Shown in pieces: positions 29,272 to 39,197 of a DNA stretch of 64,000 bases. The stretch is from Deltaproteobacteria bacterium. GTDB lineage: Bacteria; Desulfobacterota; Desulfarculia; JACQYL01. A program made the translations under genes and the position numbers. The notes under the pieces are model-generated. The model saw nothing but the letters and a program-made list of their open reading frames with translations, did not search any database and had not been told where the DNA came from. Numbering within the stretch: position 1 is the first letter of the stretch; each line of letters opens with the position of its first letter. Location of the stretch: assembly GCA_016208165.1 (NCBI GenBank), contig JACQYL010000001.1, forward strand, positions 8,099-72,098, in the 5' to 3' direction.

Positions 29272-31005
29272 CTACTTGCGACCATACAGCGGGTCCGCTT
29301 CCTGCAGTTGGCGTCTCATGACTTTGCCCACCAGGGTCTTGGGCAGTTCGTCCCTGAATTCGATGTATTTAGGCACCTTGTAATGGGAGATGTTCTCCTT
29401 GCACCAATCCCACAGCTCCTTTTCGGTAAGCTTCTCCTTGTAGCCCGGCTTGAGCACCACCCAAACCTTGATGGCTTCCCCCGAAGCCACGTCCGGGAGG
29501 CCGGCGGCGGCCACTTCGGAGACGCCCTCGTGGTTCCCGACGAGTTCTTCGACCTCTTTGGGGAACACCGAATACCCTCTGACCTTGATCAGCTGTTTCT
29601 TCCGGTCGCTGATGCCCACCCTTCCCCATTCGTCCATGTAGCCGATATCGCCGGTCAGCAACCATCGCTTTCCATCGATTTCACGAATGGTGGATGCGGT
29701 TTCCATCGGCTGATTCAGATAGCCCACCATCACCTGGGGTCCGGCCACCCAGAGTTCGCCGGTTTCGCCTGTGGGCATTTCTTTGGTTCCCATTTCGTGG
29801 TCCATGATCTTCCAATCGGTGCCGGGCATGGGCAGGCCGATCTTGCCGATCATGCGAACCCCTTCCGTCAGCGGACCGCAGCACACCACGGGTGTTGCTT
29901 CCGAAAGGCCGTATCCCTCGACGATGATGGCGCCCGTGACCTTTTCGAACGATTCCTGAACCGGTCGGTGAAGAGGGCCGGCCCCGCTTATGCAGCAGCG
30001 GAGTTTCTTGGCAATGGGGTACTTCTCCACGCCGGGAAAGTCCGCAATGCGCTGAAACAGAACTTCCGCTCCCGAATAGTAAGTGTTCCGGTCTTCCCCA
30101 ATGGCGCAGATGGTTTTGAGCAATGCTTCGGTTTCGGGAGGTCTGGGGAACAACATCATCCACATGCCGGCCTTGATGGAAAGGTTCATTACCACGGTCA
30201 TGGCGAAGGAATGAAACAGGGGGAGCACACCCACGCTGCAGGCCCCGGCCCCACCCATGAATACCCAGGCGTCCAACTGGATCATGTTGGAGACGCAATT
30301 GAAATTGGACAACACGGCCGCCTTGGGCACTCCGGTTGTGCCTCCGGTCATAATATACGTGGCGATGTCATCGGCGCTCACATGCACTTTCGGTGGATTA
30401 GGCGGTGTACGGACAAGATCCATATACCGCACGGCTCCCGAGGGAACGGGACCATGGGGAATCTTGCCGAGCTTTTTCCCCAACCATTTCTTGAGGGGAC
30501 TCAACTTAACCTGGTCCACGATGTTGGTGACGATGAGAATCTCGATGGGATAGTCCTTCAGGATGGGCTGAACCAGGGTTTCAATGAGCGAATCCAGCAC
30601 GATGACGGCCTTGACGCCGGTAATTTTGAATTGGTGGAGCACTTCGCCGGACTTGTAGGTGGGGTTTACGCCGGTCACGATCGCGCCCAGCCGCATGCAG
30701 GCATAGTAGGAAATTACGTACTGAAACGAATTCGGCAGCACCAGCGCCACCACGTCGCCCTTCTTGATGCCCCTGGCTGCCAATCCCGCGGCCACGGAAA
30801 GGACGCGCCCGTGCAATTCGCCGAATGTCATAAACGTGTCGAGAAACCAGATCGCCTTATGGCTTTTATACTTGGCCGCCGATTCGGCGAGGACATCATA
30901 CAGACCGATCTTGGGAAACTCGAGATTCTTGGGGACTTCCGACGGCCATCCTGCTTCAGGTTGAAACCAGGGTTTGCTCTCATCAATGTAATACGGACTC
31001 TCCAT
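29272..31005 (-). CDS. fadD: long-chain-fatty-acid--CoA ligase (AMP-dependent synthetase)
   Basis: AMP-binding motifs (YIMTGGTTGVPKAAVLSNFN; GYGLSEATPVV; GWLLTGDIGYMDEWG...DRKKQLIKVRGYSVFP). Start chosen at MESPYYIDE with a strong SD (GGGGGTGGGTTATG). The antisense 571-aa ORF is rejected. Confidence 0.9.
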   Translation of the reverse strand: MESPYYIDESKPWFQPEAGWPSEVPKNLEFPKIGLYDVLAESAAKYKSHKAIWFLDTFMTFGELHGRVLSVAAGLAARGIKKGDVVALVLPNSFQYVISYYACMRLGAIVTGVNPTYKSGEVLHQFKITGVKAVIVLDSLIETLVQPILKDYPIEILIVTNIVDQVKLSPLKKWLGKKLGKIPHGPVPSGAVRYMDLVRTPPNPPKVHVSADDIATYIMTGGTTGVPKAAVLSNFNCVSNMIQLDAWVFMGGAGACSVGVLPLFHSFAMTVVMNLSIKAGMWMMLFPRPPETEALLKTICAIGEDRNTYYSGAEVLFQRIADFPGVEKYPIAKKLRCCISGAGPLHRPVQESFEKVTGAIIVEGYGLSEATPVVCCGPLTEGVRMIGKIGLPMPGTDWKIMDHEMGTKEMPTGETGELWVAGPQVMVGYLNQPMETASTIREIDGKRWLLTGDIGYMDEWGRVGISDRKKQLIKVRGYSVFPKEVEELVGNHEGVSEVAAAGLPDVASGEAIKVWVVLKPGYKEKLTEKELWDWCKENISHYKVPKYIEFRDELPKTLVGKVMRRQLQEADPLYGRK

Positions 31006-31292
31006 AACCCACCCCCTTCGTAAGGACCATGCACACCCGTTATCAGGCTGTTGAAAAGCGCGATCTGCGGCGTTGCGCTTCATCCCTCGTCACTGCGACG
31101 TACTCTATGTACGCCTTCATTCCGCGGGATTTGCGCGCCTTGCATCTCATCGTTTTTCAACGGCCTGTAACAACCCGGCTGTTTCAACGGGCTGTTATCG
31201 TTCCCGGAAACCAAGTGGTCGCAAGTCGAACACCGCCCCAGAGCCACTGTCTTTCTTAGTTCGAGCCGTCTAAAGAGCATTTGTCTTTCGAA

Positions 31293-31727
31293 CTACTTGT
31301 CGCTTTTATGTTGATTCTGTTCTTGTCGCGCTTTTTTTTCGATATCATTTGGGATTTGTCTGATGGTTTCTTCCATTTGAGTGGTCCAAGTCTTCACCCA
31401 TTCACCTTCGTCGTACGCTTCCAAGCTGTCAGCGTATATGGCATTGTACTTGCCTTTTACGTCCCCTGTTATACGGACGGTTCCAAACATATGTCGCGCG
31501 AGTATACGATTCGAAACATTCAAAACAAAATAGTACTTCCCTTCATCCGTGTACACGATAATATGTTCCGCAGTGGCTGCAACAGGGTCTTCCTGGTTGA
31601 TAGGGCAGGATATACCGTAAATGACACACATAAACGGTTTCACGGTTCCTTCGATTTGTCCCGCCAATGCGGGCATACATCCCACTAACAAAACACACGT
31701 CATCAAGGCAATCAGGCTTTTTTTCAA
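31293..31727 (-). CDS. secreted protein, paralog B of the MC...C-P family
   Basis: Signal peptide MKKSLIALMTCVLLVGCMPALAGQ, then the same conserved positions as 22008..22427. It has a longer Lys/Gln-rich tail. Confidence 0.7.
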   Translation of the reverse strand: MKKSLIALMTCVLLVGCMPALAGQIEGTVKPFMCVIYGISCPINQEDPVAATAEHIIVYTDEGKYYFVLNVSNRILARHMFGTVRITGDVKGKYNAIYADSLEAYDEGEWVKTWTTQMEETIRQIPNDIEKKARQEQNQHKSDK

Positions 31728-32384
31728 GGTCTTATCTCCTCATAGAGCATCCTGTGTTGAAGCTACGATCCGACCCCTATCTTCATCGGTCCGAATCCCC
31801 GATACGGCGGGATTATATCGTTATCAACGGGTTGGAGCAAGGGAAAGTCGGACCTTTTCTACCGAAGATTCCGCCTGGGGTCGAATCAGCGGGGGGCCGG
31901 GAGGAATCGTACGGGAACGCATCCGAGCTTTCTTTTCGATTTCATCCGTTGATCCAACCTGTTCCCGTTCGCTCTCTCGCACCGGCGGAGCATGCGATGT
32001 CGCTTGACCGCCCTTTTATTCGGCCGGTATACTGCCTGGGTTCGCAGGGATGGTCGCTCGGCATCGCGGTTTGTATGCGAATTCCTAAATGCGAAGCCGC
32101 GACCATTTCTTTTGCGGGTTGACACACTGCCGTCCGGCTATCATGTTATGAATTATATTTGATGAACTCGTAAAGACTCGAGAGCGACCGTTTTCCGTCA
32201 TTCCGGTGAAAGCAGGAATCCAGTAATTTCATATACTTATGGATGCAGGATCAAGTCCGGTATGACGCCGTGGGGACTTTTTACGAAGGCCTCAAATTTG
32301 AGACAGCCTTGGCAGGGGCCCCTTCGGGAAGACACCTCGCCGGATTCCGTTTTTTTGACGACCACGAACGATTTGAGTGATCCC

Positions 32385-33632
32385 ATGGGTAATCGTAGTT
32401 CTAGTCCTGTGTTGCGCGTGTTGAACAATGGCGTGCGCGTTTGTTTCGAACCTTTCGAAGGGGCTCAATCCTTTGCCATGTGTCTCCGGTTTGTGGGCGG
32501 CGTTGGGGATGAGCCCGCCGAGAAGCTGGGTCTGGCCAATGTAACGGAACTGGCCGTGATGAAAGGGACGGATAGAAAAGACGCGGCGGGTGTTTTCGAT
32601 GCCCTGGACAGCCTCGGCGTCTCCCGATCCGTCAACGCGGGAGCGGAAGCATTCACCTTTCGAGCCCATCTGTTGCCCGCCAAGGTAGGGGAAGCGCTTC
32701 TGATTTATCGCGAAGTGTTCGAGTCGGCCGCCTTCCCCGAGGACGAGGTGGCGCTCGCAAAAAGGCTGACCCTCGAACAGATCAAAAGCCTGGAAGACCA
32801 GCCTCAGCGAAAAATCGTGCTCACGTCTTTAAGGGCCGCCCTGGGATTCCCATTGGGCAGGCCCAAGCCGGGAACCGAAGCATCGGTAACGTCCCTCGAT
32901 CGAGACGACGTTGTCCGGTTCTGGGATCGGATCGCCCATCCGGCCGCACTCATCCTTACGGCAGCCGGGGGCATGGAAGAGGGAACATTTTTCGAGGCTG
33001 TGGAGAAAGCGCTTTTGGGCTGGCATAAGGCCGGGGCAGTGCCGGACGCTCATCCGGTCCGCATCGCTCCCGGTGTGGTGCACGAACTCAAGAAAAGCGA
33101 ACAGGCTCATATTGCTGTCATTTATCCGGGACCTCCACGGGACGCCGGCGATTTCTATGCGGCCCAGGTGGCGGCCACCGTGCTTTCCGGAAGCGGCTCG
33201 AGCCGTCTTTTTACCGAGGTTCGCGAGAAGAGGGGTCTCGTATACACCGTGAGCACGGCCTACAGCCCCTTTCGATCCGGGGCGATTACGCTTCTGTACG
33301 CAGGCACCCGGGCCGATCGCACGGACGAAACCCTCAAGGTATGCCTGGCCGAAGTGAACCGTCTGGCTGAAGACATCTCCGCCGAAGAATTCGAGCGCGC
33401 CAAATCGGTCATCCTCGGAAGATTGCGAACCGTGGGAGAACTCGTGGCCGCGCGTTCGTCCTCGTTGGTGGATGACCTTTTGCTTCAGGGGACGCCCCGC
33501 TCCTTGGAGGACATACTGGACGGCGTATCCTCCGTAACCCTGGAACAAGCCCGGGCCGCGGCCCGACATTACACACCGACCCCACGCACCATCGCGGTGT
33601 TAGGGCCCCAAGAGCCCGGTGAGACTCGATAG
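32385..33632 (+). CDS. M16-family peptidase, non-catalytic partner (no HxxEH)
   Basis: M16 fold in which the zinc-site position reads ANVTELAVMKG instead of HxxEH. Paired with the downstream catalytic subunit. The start is uncertain (32262 is also possible). Confidence 0.7.
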   Translation: MGNRSSSPVLRVLNNGVRVCFEPFEGAQSFAMCLRFVGGVGDEPAEKLGLANVTELAVMKGTDRKDAAGVFDALDSLGVSRSVNAGAEAFTFRAHLLPAKVGEALLIYREVFESAAFPEDEVALAKRLTLEQIKSLEDQPQRKIVLTSLRAALGFPLGRPKPGTEASVTSLDRDDVVRFWDRIAHPAALILTAAGGMEEGTFFEAVEKALLGWHKAGAVPDAHPVRIAPGVVHELKKSEQAHIAVIYPGPPRDAGDFYAAQVAATVLSGSGSSRLFTEVREKRGLVYTVSTAYSPFRSGAITLLYAGTRADRTDETLKVCLAEVNRLAEDISAEEFERAKSVILGRLRTVGELVAARSSSLVDDLLLQGTPRSLEDILDGVSSVTLEQARAAARHYTPTPRTIAVLGPQEPGETR

Positions 33633-33641
33633 GAAAACGTC

Positions 33642-34877
33642 ATGGCGGGAAACCCGTTTTGGAGCACCAAACTGGAAAACGGACTGTCGTTGGTTTTTGA
33701 AAGCATCCCTCGGCTCGGTTCCACGGCGGTGGGATTTCTCGTGCGCACCGGATCCCGGGACGAACCGAGAAACCGTGCCGGTATGTCTCATTTCTTGGAG
33801 CACATGTGCTTTAAAGGCACGGCCGGGCGTTCCTGGGATCAGATCAATCGGGAGGTGGACGATCTTGGCGCATTGTGGAACGCGTATACCTGGTGGGAAG
33901 GCACGGCTTACTTCCATTGGGTTCAAGCCGAACGTGCGGAGGATTCCATCGACATCCTCGCGGATATGATGCGTCCTAAATTGGACGAAGCGGATTTCAA
34001 CATGGAAAAGGGCGTGATCCTCGAGGAAATCGCCATGTACAATGACAATCCTTCGGCTCTCATTGCCGATCGACTGATACAGGCCGCCTTTGGAGATCAT
34101 CCCTTGGGAACCAGCGTTTTGGGCACCGCGGAGACTGTGACCGCCGTGAGCCACAGCGATATGACGGCTTATTTTCGACGCCGTTACACCCCCAATAACA
34201 TGGTATTCCTGGCCACGGGAGCCATTGAAAGGGAACGGCTCGTGGAAACAGTCCGGCGTCATACGGCGACGTGGACCTCGGGCGAAACGGGAAGATCCCA
34301 ATCCGTCCCGGTGTTTCACTCCGAAACCCGGCCGGCGCACCGTCCGGAGGTTGCACGTGAACATCTGGCCCTGGCTTGGCCCGGACCGGAAGTGGGAAGT
34401 CCGTGGGCGCCCGCCGCACGCGTGCTGGCCCGCTATCTGGGGGAGGAGGAAAACAGCCGTCTGTACTGGTCGGTCAAGCAAAAAGGCCTGGTGGACCGGG
34501 TGAGCGCCTCCCATGTGGGCTTCAACGATTCGGGACTGATGTACGTGTACGCTTCCACCGCTCCGGCCAGAGCCGGAGAAGTCCTGGGGCTCATTCGTGA
34601 GGAGATGGCAAGAGTGCATCGCCGCATCGACGAGGCGGCCCTTTCGAGGTCCAGGATAAAGGCGGAGTCCGCCTTGGTGCGCGAGGCGGAGCACGGCCTC
34701 AGCCGCTGGAACCAGCTGGCGGAAATCGAAAACGCCGGAGCCGCCAGAAAAACGGTGACCCAAGCCATGAAGGATATCGAGGACGTAACGGTGGACCGGG
34801 TAAGGGACTTCCTCGACGAATTTCCTCTGGACGGAGAACCGGCGTTGGTGCCGCTGGGGCCCCTCGAGAGGATCTGA
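33642..34877 (+). CDS. M16-family zinc peptidase, catalytic subunit (HFLEH motif)
   Basis: GFLVRTGSRDEPRNRAGMSHFLEHMCFKGT carries the inverted zincin HxxEH motif. The antisense 543-aa ORF is rejected. Confidence 0.85.
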   Translation: MAGNPFWSTKLENGLSLVFESIPRLGSTAVGFLVRTGSRDEPRNRAGMSHFLEHMCFKGTAGRSWDQINREVDDLGALWNAYTWWEGTAYFHWVQAERAEDSIDILADMMRPKLDEADFNMEKGVILEEIAMYNDNPSALIADRLIQAAFGDHPLGTSVLGTAETVTAVSHSDMTAYFRRRYTPNNMVFLATGAIERERLVETVRRHTATWTSGETGRSQSVPVFHSETRPAHRPEVAREHLALAWPGPEVGSPWAPAARVLARYLGEEENSRLYWSVKQKGLVDRVSASHVGFNDSGLMYVYASTAPARAGEVLGLIREEMARVHRRIDEAALSRSRIKAESALVREAEHGLSRWNQLAEIENAGAARKTVTQAMKDIEDVTVDRVRDFLDEFPLDGEPALVPLGPLERI

Positions 34878-35640
34878 TCCGGGATCATGATCGACAAAAC
34901 CAACATCATCGCAGCGTTGCTGGAGAGATTGGACAACACGCCCATGGGGCATCATCCGGATATCCGGCCGTATAAAAGAAACTGATCGGTCGTGGTCGTG
35001 CGAAGGACCGAAACGGTTTATGAAATCATTGAAGAAGGATTCTTCTGCGACCGTTTTTCCGTGGAGGCCTCCGGGTTGAAGAAAAGCCTGCGGGTAATGA
35101 TCAAAAAGGAGTTTCCGCGAAGCCACAAAATATGGGTGTACGCCATGGAGCCGTATCCGCAGGAAGAACCGCACGGCACGGAGAGAAAGAAGATTTGAGG
35201 ATTGTTTCACAGATGGTCCGCTTGGGGCCACGGAAAGAGAGGCTGTTGGGTAAGCTAGAGAATCGGAAAGAAGTCAACATGCGGGCTTGCCCCCCGACAC
35301 AGTCCTCTCTCGATAAAATGATATGATTCCGACCTCCTTCCGGGAATTCTTTCCAGAAAGTCCTAAGCTTGCTTCTCTTGGCTTTTCTGGCTATAAATAT
35401 CGACGAATACGGGCTAATAATACAGCAAGGCCTTTTGCATAAACTCTTCATTAGGTTAGGAGCGTCATCGGGGGCAGCGAAGTAAGGAAGATCGTCCTTC
35501 TTGAAGTGATGCGATGTTCAAGGCGGGTACTCTGAAAAGACTGAACAATCTGTTCATCTACCGGGAGCGAATCGCCAAAAAGCTGTTTGTCTCGGAACTC
35601 TGTTACAACCGATCCCTTTAATAGAGCCAGGGGAACGCAC

Positions 35641-36816
35641 ATGAATCGATTTGAAAACCTTCAAGAATTAGAAATAGACACTGAATCGGCATGCTCCGAT
35701 TCCGCCCCAGAAGACGGTGGTGTTGAACCCGAGGAAGTGGAGGGAGACGAGCCCATAACACAGCCCTTCGATCCCACAAAGACGCAGATCATCACTTCAT
35801 GGCCGACGGTTAGCCTCTTGGTGACGAGGATACAAGAGGGAGAAATCGATCTGTTCCCAAGTTTTCAGAGAAAGGCGGACCTCTGGTCGCCAGCCCAGAA
35901 AAGTCGCCTGATAGAATCATTACTGCTTCGCATGCCCCTGCCCTCTTTCTATTTCGACGCCACTGACGACGAAAACTGGGTCGTAGTGGATGGACTGCAG
36001 CGTCTTTGGACGTTACAGGAGTTTCTCCTAAGCGACATGAGGCTTCATCACCTCGAGTTTTTGATTAATTACGAAAATAGCATGTTCAAAGACTTACCCC
36101 GACACCTGCAGAGACGTATCGGAGAGACGCAGGTCGTTGCGCATCTCATTCAGCCGGGCACACCACCCCAGGTAAAGTTTAACATATTTAGGCGAATCAA
36201 CACGGGTGGATTAGTTCTCTCGGCCCAAGAGATCAGGCACGCACTGAATCAAGGGAATGCACCCCAATTCCTAAAGAAACTCGCGTGCTCGAAGGCTTTC
36301 TTAGAGGCGACCCAAGGGAGCGTGCGCCCCGATCGTATGGAAGATCAGGAATTTGTACTTCGTTTCATGGCTTTCACGATCGTTCCGTACCCTCAATATA
36401 AGGTAGCAGATCTTGATGGGTTTCTGCATGAACAAATGGCTAGATTGAACACCGTCGGAAATGATGAGCTCGAAGACCTAGAGGTGAGATTTCAACGGGC
36501 TATGAGAGCATCAAGGCTGATCTTTGGAAGACAGGCCTTCAGGAAAAGCCTTAGGGATGGGGTTTCGGCCTGGAGAAATCCCATCAACAAGGCCATCTTT
36601 GAGGTCTGGTCCGTCACTCTGGGCCAACTCACTGAAGATAAATTAGAACATTTAATCCACCGAAAAGATGACGTCATCAGTAGATTTATTGAGGTTTTGA
36701 ACACTAATGACGAGTTTGTCGCCGCGGTATCTCAAGGAACTGGGGACGTAAAGAAAGTGAAGCAGCGGTTTAAAACCGTTGCCAAACTTGTAGAGGATAT
36801 CCTCAATGCAAACTAA
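35641..36816 (+). CDS. DUF262 (ParB-like/GmrSD N-terminal nuclease-like) domain protein
   Basis: ...FQRKADLWSPAQKSRLIESLLLRMPLPSFYFDA....WVVVDGLQRLWTL is the DUF262 DGQQR-type motif. Acidic N-terminal extension. Start at MNRFENLQ with SD GGGGAA. Stop overlaps the next gene. Confidence 0.8.
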   Translation: MNRFENLQELEIDTESACSDSAPEDGGVEPEEVEGDEPITQPFDPTKTQIITSWPTVSLLVTRIQEGEIDLFPSFQRKADLWSPAQKSRLIESLLLRMPLPSFYFDATDDENWVVVDGLQRLWTLQEFLLSDMRLHHLEFLINYENSMFKDLPRHLQRRIGETQVVAHLIQPGTPPQVKFNIFRRINTGGLVLSAQEIRHALNQGNAPQFLKKLACSKAFLEATQGSVRPDRMEDQEFVLRFMAFTIVPYPQYKVADLDGFLHEQMARLNTVGNDELEDLEVRFQRAMRASRLIFGRQAFRKSLRDGVSAWRNPINKAIFEVWSVTLGQLTEDKLEHLIHRKDDVISRFIEVLNTNDEFVAAVSQGTGDVKKVKQRFKTVAKLVEDILNAN

Positions 36817-37927
36817 TCACCTGCAGGCCATCCATCTAATGAATTTTAAGTGCTTCGAAGACCAGAAGGTTTCGCTTGCTCCGATTACCCTCCTCACAGG
36901 TCTCAACGGCATGGGTAAGTCAACAGTATTACAGAGCTTGTTGCTGCTTCGACAATCGGCCATGCGGAACGTGTTGGAACACTATGGTTTGCTACTGAAC
37001 GGCGATTTGGTGAATCTGGGCAGGGCAGGCGATGTGCTGTTCGAAGGTGCTCGAGACGAGCATATTGTTCTTGAATTGACCGTTGGCGGGATGCAGGAGT
37101 CCTGGAAATTCAGGTATGAGGATCCCCATGCGGACGTGCTGATGCTGGAAGAGGGACCAAAGGTCTTGCCTGAATGGGTGGTTTTCGGCAATCGATTCCA
37201 TTATTTGGCGGCTGAGCGCATGGGGCCACGAGAAATCTACGAGATCTCTGCCTACTATGTTCGCAAATTGCGACAATTGGGCGCAGATGGGCGATTCGCG
37301 GTGGCCTATCTTGAAGAATACGGAAAAAGCCTGCGGTGCCTCCAAGGGTTGCTGCATCCGAAAACCTCTGACTCGACGGAGGAAAATCTTTATTCACAGG
37401 TTAACTTGTGGCTGGGAGAAATCAGTCCTGGTGCGCGATTGGAACCGATTTCCTTCCCGGACATAGGCAAGACTTCGTTGAGGGTTTCCTTTCCTTCTTC
37501 TACCAAGGGGCTAATGTCCAGACCATATTCGACGCCCAATGTCGGCTTCGGTTTCAGTTATACGCTCCCGGTTCTTGTGGCCGTTCTGTCGTCTTCTTCA
37601 GGAGATTTGGTTCTCATGGAAAATCCGGAGGCACATCTGCATCCGCAGGGACAAGTGGCGTTGGGGCGACTGTTCGCACTCGCCGCGTCTGGCGGGATAC
37701 AACTCATTGTGGAGACTCACAGTGATCATATACTGAACGGAGTACGCGTAGAAGTGAGGGATGGTTGTATTGCCAGCGAGGATGTGCGCATTCATTTTTT
37801 CCAACGGAACCAGCCTGGTGGGCAGCATTTTGTGGAGTCTCCTCGGGTGGATAAGGATGGACGAATCGATAACTGGCCGGAAGGATTTTTCGATCAAACA
37901 GAGCGTCTCCTAATGGAATTGATTTAA
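36806..37927 (+). CDS. AAA/ABC-type ATPase (AAA_21-like) with DUF3696-like C-terminal tail
   Basis: Walker A (LTGLNGMGKSTVL), Walker B/D-loop (LVLMENPEAHLHP), H-loop (VETHSDH). C-terminal ...NWPEGFFDQ. Overlaps the upstream gene by 11 bp. Confidence 0.78.
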   Translation: MQTNHLQAIHLMNFKCFEDQKVSLAPITLLTGLNGMGKSTVLQSLLLLRQSAMRNVLEHYGLLLNGDLVNLGRAGDVLFEGARDEHIVLELTVGGMQESWKFRYEDPHADVLMLEEGPKVLPEWVVFGNRFHYLAAERMGPREIYEISAYYVRKLRQLGADGRFAVAYLEEYGKSLRCLQGLLHPKTSDSTEENLYSQVNLWLGEISPGARLEPISFPDIGKTSLRVSFPSSTKGLMSRPYSTPNVGFGFSYTLPVLVAVLSSSSGDLVLMENPEAHLHPQGQVALGRLFALAASGGIQLIVETHSDHILNGVRVEVRDGCIASEDVRIHFFQRNQPGGQHFVESPRVDKDGRIDNWPEGFFDQTERLLMELI

Positions 37928-37945
37928 GGCCGCAGGGTTCCCCGA

Positions 37946-38902
37946 TTGCATCAGATATTGAACGAGTTGTCTTTCCAGAAGGTCTCTACGAGCGTAAAGG
38001 ATGCCCAGGAACGCATGCATATGCTCTTGCTCGTTTTCAAGGCCGTTGCTGATTGCGGTTCTGAGAAGATCCTTCGTACCAAACGAAACCTTATGTCCGA
38101 ATTGGTTGCTTCCCAATATACTGTCTCGCACTGGCTTCAGGACAGACGCGTGAACCGGGACGAACGGTTATTATTCAAGACCGTAGCAACGAAAGCCCCT
38201 TTTGTCGAGGAACTCTGGAACAAATTGGAATCAGACGACTTGGGCCTGCACGAATTCTATTTCCAAGGTCAAAAAGCTGAGGGTTTGGGCGTGGCTTATC
38301 TTGACGATACATGTGCTCTTTCCCTTGGAGGTGATCAGAGGTTCGAACAGGATCCCATTCAAGTCGTGTATCAAGTGATGTATGCCCTAAATAGTAGATT
38401 GGGATCCGAAACTGTGGAAGTCTGCTCTTTGAGTAACTTAGACCATGTATGCCGCCGTTGCGTATGGATTGGTGAACGTGCTCAAAGACAGGTCGTCGAT
38501 GGGGTCTCACTCTGGGAGCAAAAGGAATCTCTATTTCCTCGTCTCGCGTTTCTCCCTGCAACCAAGGCGCAAATTCAACAGTTATCGGGGCGTGAACCTC
38601 ATTTCCGCCAAGTTCTTAAACATCTTTTCATACTGAACAGTGCGATGAAAAAGTGGGCTGGAGGGCCGTACAACCCGGAAGGCATCGAATGGTCCGCAGA
38701 AAGCCTGTCTACAAGGACCAGCAAGAAACTTGCGGACGCCCGCAGGTTTTCTAATTCTAACGGTAACTTCGCAGTATATAATTACCACACGAAGATTAGA
38801 GGCATCAACTGGCGCATACACTTCCATCCTGATACTGAAAAACAGATCGTGACCATAGCATACATAGGACGACATCTGCCAACAGCCAGACACGGAAAGT
38901 AA
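37946..38902 (+). CDS. hypothetical protein with RelE/ParE-toxin-like C-terminal segment
   Basis: 18 bp downstream of the ATPase. The last approx 45 aa (GNFAVYNYHTKIRGINWRIHFHPDTEKQIVTIAYIGRH) follow the RelE/ParE pattern (..Y.lRi.g.yRiiy.vd.e...v.vl.igHR). The N-terminal 270 aa are unrecognised. Confidence 0.55.
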   Translation: MHQILNELSFQKVSTSVKDAQERMHMLLLVFKAVADCGSEKILRTKRNLMSELVASQYTVSHWLQDRRVNRDERLLFKTVATKAPFVEELWNKLESDDLGLHEFYFQGQKAEGLGVAYLDDTCALSLGGDQRFEQDPIQVVYQVMYALNSRLGSETVEVCSLSNLDHVCRRCVWIGERAQRQVVDGVSLWEQKESLFPRLAFLPATKAQIQQLSGREPHFRQVLKHLFILNSAMKKWAGGPYNPEGIEWSAESLSTRTSKKLADARRFSNSNGNFAVYNYHTKIRGINWRIHFHPDTEKQIVTIAYIGRHLPTARHGK

Positions 38903-39197
38903 AAGCAGCCGACTCAAGTTCAAGACTTCCATTCTTTTTTTTGCAGAAGCGGAACAGCTATTCGGTTTCCGATTGGGATCTCAATATTTACCTGCCAGGA
39001 TCATGATCCTTTTCTCCCCCACTGCGGCCGCATTTTTTAAATAGACGACCACCGGATTTCGTTCTATATTCAGGTACATCCTCTTCTAAAGGGAGCTCTG
39101 GAGGTTCATTCGTCGGGGAGCGGGCCTGGTGGCGCCGGCTGAGCAGGTAGGAAGTTCCCCCGGCGGACCGGGCCGATTCGAACCATGGGATGACCCT

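Noticed and set aside
29308-31023. 571-aa ORF on plus strand
   Set aside because: Antisense to the acyl-CoA synthetase gene. Low-complexity His/Gly-rich translation.
33600-35231. 543-aa ORF on minus strand
   Set aside because: Antisense to the catalytic M16 peptidase (which has an HxxEH motif). No motif of its own.
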